Source: Callorhinchus milii (lineage: Eukaryota). Taken from it: a DNA stretch of 64,000 nt. Below are positions 47,707 through 60,090 of this stretch, piece by piece. Made by a program: the position numbers and the translations under genes. The DNA is taken from assembly GCF_018977255.1 (NCBI RefSeq), contig NW_024704742.1:131628001-131692000 (forward strand), in the 5' to 3' direction. The first letter of the stretch is position 1, and every line of letters starts with the position of its first letter. The notes under the pieces were generated by a model. The model saw only the letters and a program-made list of their open reading frames with translations. It was not told where the DNA came from and searched no databases.

Positions 47707-48827
47707 GTTTCCCTTCCCCAATCCCTTCAGCTTTCAGCCCCTGCATAAATATGAATTGTATTACTGTATTGCATGTGAAAAGGTATGGAGAAAGGGCAGG
47801 GGAATGTTTCTAAACAGACAAAATAGACTGCTCTTTTCAGAGAGCGCAGATTAATTTGGCTTCATTTCATCGTTCTGTTATGTGATTTACTGTTCGAAAT
47901 CTTATTCAGTGTCCTGGCCAACAATATAAAATTGGTCTTTCACTTCACAACTCTTTATGCACAAATTGGTTGCTGCATTCACACATAATCAGTACAATTC
48001 ACGTACTTGAATCCCATGAAAAGCTTTGAAACATCTTCCCGATTGTATCAAATGCAAGGAGTGTTATTACTATAATTAACACTTCAAATCCTGTCTGTAA
48101 ATCTCACCAATCTGACCCCCATGATTTGCATTCCCCAAAGTTAAAGGGATGATGGTTCAACTTTGGTCAGATTTATTTTGCGAAAAAAAAACTCCCAAAA
48201 CATTTCATTTCATTATTTTCTTTTCAAACAAAGATGTTCACAAGCGACTTGTGAATGATGTAATTGGCCTTTGAGGTTTGGGGCACCTTAAAGCTTTCTA
48301 CACTTGTGAGAAATGAGATGGAAATAACAGATCAACTGTCAGAACCGCTTTTGATTGATGTGACGGTCATGTTTAAATTTGTATGGGATAATTTGATATC
48401 AGTGGAGAAAAGAACTCCCAAGATACTTAGTTCTACCTTCAGCCCAGTATAAAGACAAGCAGTTAATCATGGATTTAACGCTTACTTGTAGTAATGATAT
48501 TCTGATGTTTCCCAATTTATATTTTACCTTGCAAAGGCAATAGGACATTTTGACAGATAAGGGAGATAAGAATTGATAAATGTGGGATGTAAAAGACAAT
48601 AAAATAATATCTATGTTGCTCCTGATCTCCAATCAGAAGTCCCTTGACACCCTTATAAGTTCTGTTATTTGCACCAATGCTGCAGCCATAGCAAATTCAA
48701 GAAACAATGGGGCCAAAAGGAAGTCTCTCTCTGCGAGTCATTTAGATACTGTTGTGTAAATTATAACCAATACGTTAGATGAACACTTCTTGTAAGAAAA
48801 ACTATGGAAAAACTCTTTGCGCAAGAA

Positions 48828-49275
48828 ATAATAATAATCCTTGCATTTGATAATGTGACTCATTGAGACTCTCAAAGTGCTTCAAAGAATATAATAATAA
48901 TCCTTGCACTTGATATAGCACTTTTCATGTCTTCTAGACGTCTCAAAGTGCTTCATAAAATATACTATATATTTGTGGGCAAAATGCCAATTGCGCACAA
49001 CAGTGTCCCACAAACAGTCGTGGAATGAGTGACCAAATGATTATTGTTTGTTTTAATTGAGGGTTTATTATCCCCAGCAAAGCGATCTGCCAATCAACTA
49101 ACAACCCGGTTCCTACTTACTGCTTGGTAAACAGAGCCGTGTGGAGGAAGGAAACTTGCCCAACATTTTGCCCTGCCGCGAATTTATATACTGTAAAGTG
49201 AATTGACTGGTCATTTTGTGGGCGAAACGCAACAGCCAATTGTGCACAGCAGTGTCCCACAAACAGTCGTTTGAT
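48828..49275 (-). mobile_element. composite of nested or duplicated SINE fragments
   Basis: two tails (48828, 48892), one long-type body and an extra body piece at 49185-49270. Confidence 0.8.
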
Positions 49276-50739
49276 GAACCAGACTGCTGATCTCTTTGTT
49301 ATGTGTTTATTATGATATTTCTTATCACACACACAAAATATTGCTAGCCCCAGCTGGACTCCAAATAAAGCCTATTCCAATGCGTAAAATATCCATCATA
49401 GCACAGAGAGTGATTTACTTATCATATCACACGACTAGCTAACTACTTAACTTTGGAGAGTAAAATAAGGCAAAAAATTCTATAAAACTTTATTGGGCCC
49501 ATTAACAGGTGAAGTATAAACCATTGTTAGTTTACTCTGTAAATTTGTTACCAGTTGAGGTACAGACTAGAGAGCGATTACAAGGTAAATCCATTACCAG
49601 GTGAGGTACAAACGAACGAGATCACTCTGTAAACTCATTTGTTTCAAACTATTTTAAGACCATCACTGATTTATGTAGCTGTAAAGTTACTACAAGCTGC
49701 TGCAGAAAGGATCAATATGGCGGATTGGACAGCAGGAGCAATGGGAAACATATTCCTCAAATTTAAACTTTCTATTTTGAGCTAATTCTGCTTTCACCCC
49801 ATATATTCTGCTGCCTGAGTTGTAAGTGATTTACGGGTACGGATGTTTACCTCTTATCACATCTTCCTCCACACAGAAATCTTTCTGCTCACAAAGATTC
49901 ACATCCCACACTGACCAGCTGGCGGGCGCTGTGCAATACATCTGACAAGCACAGAGGAGGTTCAGGAAAGCTTGCAAGGAGTTCCAGGTACCCGTTGTCC
50001 ACCTTGTAAGTGCTCAAAACTACACTGACCTAGTGAAGACATTAAATTTGGATATCAAATCACCAACTGGAAACTATTTTTGCTTGTAAGAATAAGTAGG
50101 ATCTTCTTGGGGTTGAGCTAAGATTTTGCTTGGCAATACAACACCAGAATTGATTTGACCCAACAGTCTTGATAATCCAGTTCCTGACCCAGGCAGTTTC
50201 GTAATACTTCAGGGCACTGCTGATGACAGACCAGCTAGCCTGGCTCATTGACAAGTCACGATGGGCCGAATGGCCTCCTCTTGGTTGTAAGATTCCATAA
50301 TTCTATGACTCTATCTTTGAAAGATGTTCACACCCAGAGCTTTCTGTAAAACTAACAGATGAATAGCTTTCCTGAATTTGGTAATTTTTGATTGGTGTTT
50401 TCTACAGAAATGCATTCTCAATGACAGCAGTTAAGGATATTCTAGAGATGACAAATTTCAGAGGTATCCAGCTGTGGCCCTGAACTCTGAGTGACATCTC
50501 TGGGGAAAGGAGTAATTTCTAATTTTTATTTTTAATCATAGGAATTAACAATCAGAGTTTTTTAAGTGTCAATAATGCAATGGTCCTCTATACATTTTAT
50601 TGTTCCATGCTTTCACTGCAGAGATGTCATACCCTAGCTTTCTTACATGACACTACTTTAGTGAAGGCAGTGCCATAGCATTACACAGCTGTCTCTGCAT
50701 CAAGCATAGGAAATATATATTTTGTACTGGAATATTTTA

Positions 50740-51133
50740 ATGAGACTTTTAAATCAAGGTCTGTTCTGATAAGTGTTAAAAATCCAAAGGCACATTCAAA
50801 AAAGAGAAGGGAGTTTCTTCTGGTGTCCCAGCCAATAAACCCCTCAGATAAAATTGGCCATTCACTTCATGGCTGTTTGTGAGATATTGCTGTTTGCAAA
50901 TCAGCTGCTGCATTCACCTATATATTACGTAATCACTACACTTTGCATTGTCTCCTGTGAAGCGTTTTGAGGCATCCTTCCGACATGAAAGGCCCTATTT
51001 GAAAATTAGCTGCCTTGTTCGGCAACAAACAACATACCCAGACACACCACTTTGCAATATACTCTGTGAAGCGCTTTGAGACATTTCAATTACTTGATAA
51101 GGTGCTATATCAAATGTAAGGATTATTATTATT
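50740..51133 (+). mobile_element. Deu-type SINE 3' part plus a second SINE tail
   Basis: ggtgtcccagccaa...ctgtttgtgag; tail ggtgctatatcaaatg(ATT)n. Confidence 0.75.
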
Positions 51134-51869
51134 GTAATCCAATTGACAGAGGGTTGTCTTTGAATCTGACAAAACATATTCTGAATTTTAAAAAACTGCA
51201 CAGATGATACATTAACAGAATATATATATAAAAAGTCAAATGAAATAATCCTTTTACTCAGGGCTATGATAAATGATTTAGCAGGTGCAACACAGAAACT
51301 GGGGAACTCAAGCATTTGCTATACACGTTCTCCTTTATCAACCCTTGCCTAATTTTTCTAGCTTCTTAATGATAAAAAAAATTCAGGCAATTCTATATGT
51401 GCATTCACCCTGATCTGTCTAATTTTCAGTATTACATTAAGCTATTATTATTTTCTGTAGCTTACTCTATGAAATACTTTGTTGCTATGGCTCTCAGTGA
51501 TTATGTGGTGAACCAACACCTTTCGCTCCAATTGGTATTACCTAAGCATTTCAGTTTATTAGTAACAAAAGCAAGAGGGAGACTCGAATGCACTACAAGT
51601 ATCGATGCTTGAAACAGCATCCTTAGCAACTAGTCAAGATGATACCAGGTGTGAGAACTTATAGTTATGAGGGGAGACTTCATACTTGTGTTGGAGCAGC
51701 AAAGGTGGAGGAGCAACTAATAGAGGTTTTCAAAATTATGAATGGTTTTAGTGGGGTAAATATAGGCAGAGCCTGCCAGACATCCATGCCTGGATGAGCT
51801 TCAATTTCTGGTTGCTTAACATAATAATAATGATGATGATGATGCAGATGTATGTGGTAGTATAAAACA

Positions 51870-51970
51870 TAGTTTCCAACCTCCTGCAAAATTAGCTATT
51901 TTTGGAAGCTCAAACATACTAAGAAAAGTAACATCCATTCATATGTAACATAGTAGCTTCATTGGTCTGT
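51870..51970 (+). mobile_element. R4/Dong-clade LINE 3' terminus
   Basis: translates to LQKLAIFGSSNILRKV allowing a 1-nt indel; shares its 3' UTR start with 13822 and 29955. Confidence 0.65.
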
Positions 51971-51974
51971 ATTC

Positions 51975-53110
51975 AGTGATATTATCAGAATGGCATTTGG
52001 ATTAAATAAATGTGTCTAAGCAACCTACATTGATGGGAAATTGCAAAATGCTAAGAATATTCAGCTGGACCAAAATACAACAGTAAGAGAACGAGATCAA
52101 AATGAAGTGTACAAACATCTTGGAATAGATGACAATGATGGAAAAGACCATAAAGGCACGGGACTGAAAGTCGCTTCTGAATATATAAGAGCACCCTAAG
52201 TACTTAAAACAGAGTTAAATGCCAGAAATAAAGTATTTGTTATTAATACCAGTGATGACTAACAACATCTATGTACTTATTGGACCATCAGAGATCTGAA
52301 AGCCATTAATAGAAAAATGCAAAAACTTTGACCATTACATTAGGATGGTCCAACATCCTTGAGCCACATAAGCAATACTTTATCCTGATTGGCCAGTCCC
52401 GTTGTCGGGCAGAGCCTGAGCCCCTGGTGACCATCTTCTGATTGGCTGGTTCCATTGCTGGGCAGAACCTGAATCCCAGGTGACCATCTCCTGATTGGCC
52501 AATTCCTTTGATGGGTGGAGCCTGAGCCCGGTGACCATCTTCTGATTGGCTCGGGGCCGGTGTATCGCCTGTATTTGCTCGTCGGCGAATTAAGTTGGAA
52601 ATGGTTCGAAGGATGGATGAAGTCATCTACCGGGCCAGATGCGGCCCGTGGGCCATCAGTTGGAACACCCTGGCCTTTACACCAAGGAAGGAGGAAGAGG
52701 CTTGATTGACACGAAAGCATCTTACAAATCAGCAATTGTAGGAATACATCAGGACAAACCCCGAAGACAGTATCAAGATGATAGAAAAGCATGAAAACCA
52801 GAAAAATACATTTCCCACCACTAAAGAAGCAATCAAGATGCAGCAAGAACATGACATTCATCAAAGAGAAGTAGAATGTTGCTCAACTGAACCAACAAAG
52901 ATGGCACATGCAGTAAAAATTGCCCTTAAAAAGGAAAATGATATCCCACAGAAAAGACAAATGAGAGAAGAAAGCCATGCATGGCCAGTTTACAAAAGAA
53001 ATGAAAGAACAAGGCCTAGATATGAACCAGAGCTGCAGCTGATTGACTATTGGGAATCTTGAAAGCCAAAATAGAAGCTCTCATAATATCAGCACAAGAT
53101 ACAGCTATTA
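51975..53110 (+). mobile_element. R4/Dong-clade non-LTR retrotransposon, decayed RT/thumb region, interrupted by a hAT fragment
   Basis: RMAFGLNKC, YKHLGI, VLKTELNARNKVFVINT, KEGGRGLID, MHGQF, EALIISAQD motifs with stops and frameshifts. Confidence 0.82.
52384..52672 (-). mobile_element. hAT-Charlie-like end carrying a ~53-bp tandem repeat
   Basis: minus strand starts cagggtgttccaactgatggcccacgggccgcatctggcccg; three units and four ctgattgg motifs. Confidence 0.7.
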
Positions 53111-53455
53111 CTACATGCCACATGTTATAGAAGCATCTATTCTGACTGGACAGTTCAAAGGGGAAGATGTATTCATTCCTCGCATCCCACTGCTCCCAAG
53201 TGACTACCCGTTTGAGCTCAAAAGGCTCCAATTCCCTGTTCAAATGTGCTTTGCCATGTCAATTATTAAGGCACAGGGGCAGAGCTTAAAGGTCGCTGGC
53301 CTTTTTTTGAATACACCTTGCTTTTCCCTTGGATGTTTCTACGTGGATGCTCACATGTGGGTCATCTCAAAACCTAGTCGAAGGAGGAAAAACTGCAACT
53401 GTCGTCTGCACGGAAGCCTTGCAATAACTCAAGTACCTGCCGGATCACATAGTAA
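53110..53455 (+). mobile_element. Helitron RepHel 3' fragment (PIF1-family helicase C-terminus)
   Basis: VIEASILTGQFKGEDVFIPRIPLLPSDYPFELKRLQFPVQMCFAMSIIKAQGQSL..G..L..PCFS (motif V and decayed motif VI), then a frameshifted C-terminus ..KTATVVCTEALQ*. Confidence 0.9.
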
Positions 53456-53969
53456 ACCCCTTTAGTTAGCCTAGCTTTGATAAGATCTTCTATCGTTCAT
53501 GAGCTATGACTCTTTGAGAGGATCTTCTATCGTTGAATAGCTATGATCTAATTAAACTAGCTCATCACACATGTATGGCAGTTTTGCTTAAGGTGTACAC
53601 ACAGTGTTTATGGCATGTTAAATGGTTTGTAAACTGGCCTGCTTCAATTCCCCACCCTACTTATCCCACCGTCAGCAATCAGGCTTTCAGCATTGCGCCC
53701 CCATTCTTTGGAACCCCCATCCTGTATTCCCTCCAACTTGCTCCTTCCCTCATCCAATTCAAGGTCCGTTTCATGCCTTACCTCCTTGACCGCACTTTTG
53801 GCCATCTTACCCTTCCCACACCCGGCCAAGCCAGAACTGTCAAATGCCTTGAGATGCCCTCCAAACATGAAAGCCTCTGTTTAATGTCAATGTGTATTGT
53901 ATGTATATGGCTAAGTTGTCAGCATCTGCTGAGTACCTTGATGTGTCTGTCAATCATATCTCAGAGCCT

Positions 53970-54289
53970 GGAGTCCTGTAGCTCAGTGGTTAGAGCACTC
54001 GCCTTGCAAGCGAGAGACCTGAGTTCAATTCCAGGCAGGGCGAAACCTTGGGCAAGTTTCCTTACTCCACACGCCTAATAATAATCCCTCCAAAACCAAA
54101 AACAATAATAAATTGGTTATTTTCAATCCACGACTGTTTGTGGGACACTGCTGCGCGCAATTGGCTGCCGCGTTTCGGCTACAAATATACGGTCAATTCA
54201 CTTTACAATATATTCTGTGAAGCGCTTTGAGACGTCTAGAAGACGTGAAAAGCTCTATATCAAATGCAAGGATTATTATTATTATTATT
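53970..54289 (+). mobile_element. full-length young SINE, short subfamily (best-preserved copy)
   Basis: A box tagctcagtgg, stem ctcgc/gcgag around loop cttgcaa, B box agttcaattcc, L2-like tail, (ATT)n. Confidence 0.95.
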
Positions 54290-57200
54290 GATGTGGAAGC
54301 GGCTTGTGACTAAGGACAGTGCTGCCATTAGCTGTTTGAACATCCCACACCCTAATACTCATGAACCATAAAACCATTAAGGTTTGGCAGGGGGAAAAAA
54401 GTGTTACCACTGTCCAGAGCTGTCTATGGCAGCTGGATTCATCCGACAGAATTTCAACCCCACAATTCAATAAATGCTGCTACATTTTGCATCCTGCAGT
54501 TTCATTCCTTAGTCGAAGCGTGGCATTTTAGCGCCTTTACCTAGTGGTTATTTCTGTAATTGGTAACCAGTAGCTTAAATGCCAAGGACATGGCTTTTAT
54601 AACCTGCAGTCTTACATTCTGCTCCTGCTTAGACGATGATTGCTGAATGATTTTTAAAACTTGGAGGAGGTAGAGGAGGAGGTGCAAGCTTTCAATTATG
54701 AAGAATTTGGTAAAACCTCCATAGACAAGCCACCATTACTACAGCTTTTACTGCAATTCAGCTGTCATGCTGGAAGTGCAATTTCCTGTTCTGTAAGTGC
54801 TTCTCTGAAAAGCACAACAGATAGGATTCTGTCTAATGGCATAAGGAAATAAGCCAAATCAACAGAACTTTCTCGATGTTCCATTAAATAAAGGTCACTG
54901 TGGTAACTCAAAGCAGTTTTTTTTCCTCTCCCTAAAGTCCACGGCGTCCTTAGTCAAAGACGAAAATAAAACACAATTTTGCTGGGAGGGGGGTTTGGTT
55001 TATTTAGGATACCGCGTTTGCTTGTCTAAGGTCAACTGTGACTAGTTTTGTTGATATTTAGTCGTTATGACAACTGGGAATACAGATGAAGCCATCGTTT
55101 TTTTTTAATTGTAGGAGTCCGTGGTCACATACGCAGATCATTGAAGGTGGCATGACAATATAGCAGGATGATTGTTAATATATTAGGTTATTTACACTGA
55201 TCGCTTCACAAGAGTGCACAAATTTATGATGATCACAAAGAAAATTAAAAGCAATCAAATATTTCCACAGTTACACAAGTATGATTTCATAACTAAGGCT
55301 GAAACTTCCATTATTTTTATATGGACCTGTTGTGGCAGGCAGGCCACTGGGGCAGGAATTCTTTACTCTCAGCCCCAGCGTCTTGGGACGTCCTCCTGAT
55401 GTGAAAGGCGCTATACAAATGTAATATGTTGTTGTTGTTAACCCTGGAATACAAGACCTAATGGGTAGGGTGATGCTAGCTGTGGGATAGCTTGTCAGGC
55501 AGTGCTTTTAATGGCAAGCTATGTGTCGCCTGCTTCAAAACCCGTATCAAACCCTGCACAGCCATCACTCCAGTTTTCATCAGGCTCCACTGACTTCCCT
55601 GGTTCCCAGCAGATCTCACCCTCACCTATAAATCCATCCACTCTCTGGCACCTTCTTACCTCTGCGATCTTCTACGAACCTACTCCTCCGTTCTCCCACT
55701 TCGCTCAGTTAACGGGCTCACTGCATGCCCTCTGTACCACCTCTTCTCACCTAATAAGACCACTCCTGGGATAATTCCCCTATTCCACCTCCCATCCAAT
55801 ACTCTCATTATAATTCTCCCTCAATGCTGGCCACACAATTCCCCCCCTCCCTCCACTCCCATTCCCCCAAAGATAAAATAGCAAAGGCAACTCTAAAAAA
55901 TACAAAGCCAACACAGGGGTAAAAAAGTAATTTCAAATTACCTGGTCAAATTTATTACATGAAGCAAACAATAGAGCAGATTATCTTTAATAAAAGGAAA
56001 AAAAATACAAGGTAATGGGTTGATTGATTCAGGAAAGTGTAGAGAAAGCATTTTTAACATGAGATTTTAAAAAAAACTTCGACCTTGTCGGACAAATCTA
56101 ACTTGCAATGTCTCTCCTGCAGATTCCCTGACAATTCCTGGCCTTGAATTGAATAGGGAGCCACTCAGCTGGCAATAGCCATGAGCTCAGTCATCAAGCA
56201 TCCTCGCAGAATCCCACAGTGATTGCCATCCCTCACACCTTGGATACCGATCAAGATTCAGCGGAGACTCGAAAACTCCGTCCTTGCTGCACTGTGATTT
56301 GATGTATGTGGGTCATGGATCTAATTAGTCCACATATGATCATTTATGTATTTCAATAACTATTTATCACGATGTTTGATGATCACTTTACTGCACTAAA
56401 AAAATTGGGCGTTCACTGTATGGCTGTTTGTAGGACATTGTTGTGCGCAAATTGACTGACGCATTAGCCACAAAATATGTACAGTCACAATATATCCTGT
56501 AAAGAAGTTTAAACAATATAATAAGGTGCTAAATCATATGCAACGATTATTATTTTGTTATATTTTTCATTTGGGTTAGATTTGTGCGATGTACAGACAG
56601 GATTTGAAGTGTTAATAACATAACATGGCAGAACAATAATAACAACAACTTGTACTTATACAGCACCCTTCACGAAGAGAGGCATCTTGGACCACTTAAC
56701 AGCAGTGGAGCCAAACGGTTAGCAGAAGAGAGTGGGATGACTGTGGGCACGGTTGAAGAGGAAGATCTTTAGGTGGGATATGAAGACAGCAAAGGAGGAG
56801 GCAAAGGGGAGGGATTGAGGAAGAGAATTCCATAATTTTGGGATGCGTGGTTTGCAGAGTTGATACAAACTGAACTGGAAGAATCCATGCTCTCTGATCA
56901 CTTTGCATCTCTATGTCCTGCTGATCAACAAGGCTGGGTTCTGTCACCTGTGGCACAACATTCTCTCTCCTGCACATTTAAGCATGTCATTTCACAATTG
57001 CTGTTAGTAGTCTGAAGGCTTCTTGAAAGCATGTATCAAATTAACTCAATGGGCCCCTTCTTGAGAATCAAATGGTAAATGGAAGAAGCCAAACATCTAG
57101 ATAGGAATTATACCACTATGATCTGTTAACTGTGTAGAGTAGGAACTGTAACATTTCAATTGGGACCATGGTGTCTCACAATTTCAGTGTATATTACATC

Positions 57201-57754
57201 CATGTTAGTGCAGCATGGCTTGGCGCAAAAACATAGGAATACTGAGACAAAGAAGACTGAGTGTTTATTATTCATTCTTGGCAATGGTCTCCTTGTTTCA
57301 TGGCCCAAACTCTGGAATTTGGAGATTAGCAGGAACTATTTTATCATCCCTTAATAAATAAATGTTAAAATTCTCCATTGTACAATAAATTGCCTATTAA
57401 CTGTAATCAATGTTCCCTTTGTCCTTTCAATAATTCTTAAATTTGGCTTAATTCACCATGTAGATTTTCTGTTTGTTTCTCCTTTTGTAATCAATTTGGG
57501 AATTAAGGGGAGATTAGACGTACACTCAGGTAATCACATTTAAACTTCTTTAATGACCCACAGTAAGTGAGGAAAATCCTGTCTTTGCTATTGTATACTC
57601 GGATTTCTTATCTCAAATCTGATTGTGTTGGGTATAAAACTAATGGCTAATTCCATGCATATAAATTCACCCATGTCTGCCTGCTGCAGTTGAGAGCACA
57701 CTTGCCCGTTGATTAGAAGACTGTGGGTTTAAACCTCATATCTGTAAAACTGAG

Positions 57755-58085
57755 CTTCACAAGCGAGAGACCTGGGTTTGATTCCCAGCAGAGCATAACG
57801 TTGGGCAAGTTTCCTTACTCCACATGCCTCTGTTTACCTAGCAGTAAGTAGGAACCAGGCTGTTAGGCAATTGACGAATTGCTTTTCTGGGGGTAATAAT
57901 TCCTTCAAAAAAAATTGGTCACTCAATACATGACTGTTTGTGGGACATTGCAATTGGTTGCCACGTTTCACCAATAAAATATACAGTCAATTCATTTTAC
58001 AGTACATTCTGTGAAACAATTTGAAACGTATTGAAGACATGATGAGGCGCAATTTCAAAATGCAAGGAATATTATTATTATTATT
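57755..58085 (+). mobile_element. long-subfamily SINE inserted in a Deu-type SINE (57685-58185)
   Basis: aagcgagagacctggg...ctgtttacctagcagtaagtaggaacc...(ATT)n; host resumes ggctgacactccagtgca. Confidence 0.85.
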
Positions 58086-58191
58086 TGGCTCATAGTTAAG
58101 GCTGACACTCCAGTGCAAAACTGGAGCAATTCTGCATCGTCAGAATTCTGGTTGTTTAGAAGAGAGGTTAGACTCTATCTGCTTGGGTACT

Positions 58192-58380
58192 GCTGGAGTC
58201 TATCTAGCTAAAGCTGCATAGCTTGCCATTGATAGCACTGTTTAACAAGCTTTCCCACTGCTTATGCAGCTGGGACCACCCTACCCATTAGGGCTTTGGC
58301 TTTCCGGGTTAACAGGAACTGAGTGGGAGGATTTCCTATCCACAGTGGTTGGTCTGCCCTTCCAACCCCTGCCAATAAGC
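58192..58380 (+). repeat. unclassified interspersed repeat (second copy)
   Basis: catagcttgccattgatagcact...gggttaacagga.ctgagtgggaggatt shared with 8455-8640. Confidence 0.7.
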
Positions 58381-58429
58381 TGTACTATCATCAGCTGGGG
58401 CGTGAATTATGCTTCTGCATGTCCCTCAT

Positions 58430-58672
58430 GCCCTCCATTCCAACAATGGTGGCTGCACTTTCAGCCACCAAAACCCTTCCTCTATCCCTATGCCTTGCCC
58501 CTTCCTTTCCTATCTTCAAGTCACACCTGAAAACCTTCCTCTTTGACCGTGCTTATGGTCACCTCCCCCTCCCCTGGCTTGGCAACTTGCTCCACCACTG
58601 TCAAGCGCTCTGGGACTCTACCCTGTGTGAGGGGTGCTATATAGCTGCAAGTCATTGTTATTGTTGTTGTTG
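58430..58672 (+). mobile_element. older L2 3' end
   Basis: FKSHLKTFLFDRA in ORF 58323; (TTG)n tail. Confidence 0.82.
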
Positions 58673-59944
58673 AGCACTATGGACCCTCCTGGCTCAGGAA
58701 CCGGACCGTTGCATTTATATAGTGCCTTTCAACCAGCATAACATCTTGGAGGACTCGGGCAGACCACGGACAGAGTAGATGCTCTGCTCCACTCCGCTAT
58801 AGAGGCGTGAGGGGTCAAACCCTCAGGGCTGTATGAAATACTTTGAAATTCAACCTTGGCTGCTTCTTAAGCCTCTAGTATCGCAGTTATAAAGCACCAT
58901 GACATGGAATAACTATGGATTTCTCAGCTTGAATGTTCAGAACTTTCGAAAGGCTGTTTAAAACTAAGACTGTGAGGATTTTTCAAGCCTCAGGTGGTAA
59001 AACAACAGGGTGCATCCCAAAACAGATGAAGTAAGGACAGATAACGCTCACAGAAAAACATCGACCCTGGCACAGAAAGATTTGGAGAAATAGCATTGGG
59101 AGGCCAATTATTTTCAGTTATTAGGATGCTCAAATGGCCTGCTCCCCTTCCTATGTTTCTACAATTGGTAATTGAAGCTGATTCTGTTGCCTCGGTTAAA
59201 AGGGATTGAGATGAAGATGAAATGTGTCAAAAGGTGCAGGGAAATAGCAGGGAATGTGGTATGTAGGAGATTGCCCTGGTAGGAGCATAGGCACAAGTAC
59301 AGTGGACTGAGTGGCCTCTTTGTTCAAATTTGTATGAATCTTGATTCAATATTTTAATGTCTGTGTATGTACAGCACAGTTCAAGGAGCTGAGATTGCTT
59401 GGGGAAATTTGGAATAGAGCAGCATATGCAGTTTTGCTCTTGGCTTTGCCCTTAGCATTATATACTGACTCTTTGAGTAGACGTAAGATGTTGAGGTGTG
59501 ACTGGAGCTGCTCCTGTGTTCCTGACTTGAGCAAAGATGTCTTTTTCAAACGCTGGCTAACTCTTGCAATATTGTAAGGAGTATGACCTTGCAGAGAGGA
59601 CTGACAGACCATCAGCATCCTTCGATGTTCGAACGCATTGCAAGTGGCATGGAATAGATCGCACTTGTTGAGTTCACTGCTGTGGGTTGTTTTTGGAATA
59701 CAGCAAGTCCTGGAGCAGGAGATAGCTTCCTTCTGCAACCTACCAAACCGAGCTCTAATAATAGTAAATAAATTATCCTTGTATTTGCTCTAGCACTTTA
59801 TCATGTCATCAAGGTGTCTCAAAGTGTTTCGCAGGATCTACTGTCAAGTGGTTTGACTGTGTGTTTTGTGGGTAAAATATTCAGTGTAAAGCAGTTGCAG
59901 AATTTTAGCTCAAACTGCTGGTGGTGACAAGTAAGGCCAACTTA

Positions 59945-60090
59945 GAGTCATAGAATCATAGACTCTTACAACAGGAGGCCATTCGAGCCACCATGCCTGT
60001 GCCAGCTCTTTGAAAGAGCTATCCAAATAGTCCCACTCCCCCGCTCTTACGCCAAAGCCTTGCAAAGTTTTCTTTTTGAAGTTCAAATAT
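59945..60090 (-). mobile_element. CR1 3' end
   Basis: agagtcatagaatcataga...ggaggccattcg...gtgccagctctttgaaagagct. Confidence 0.8.

Noticed and set aside
53043..53465. Host PIF1 helicase gene exon
   Set aside because: Motif VI is decayed and frameshifted, there are no splice sites, the C-terminus is Helitron-type, and it sits in a TE cluster
53970..54043. tRNA-Ala(TGC) gene
   Set aside because: The cloverleaf-like head continues directly into SINE body and tail and recurs in many diverged copies, so it is a SINE head rather than a tRNA gene
59346..59738. 130-aa minus-strand ORF
   Set aside because: Non-ATG start, no recognisable domain, weak splice context, and length within chance expectation
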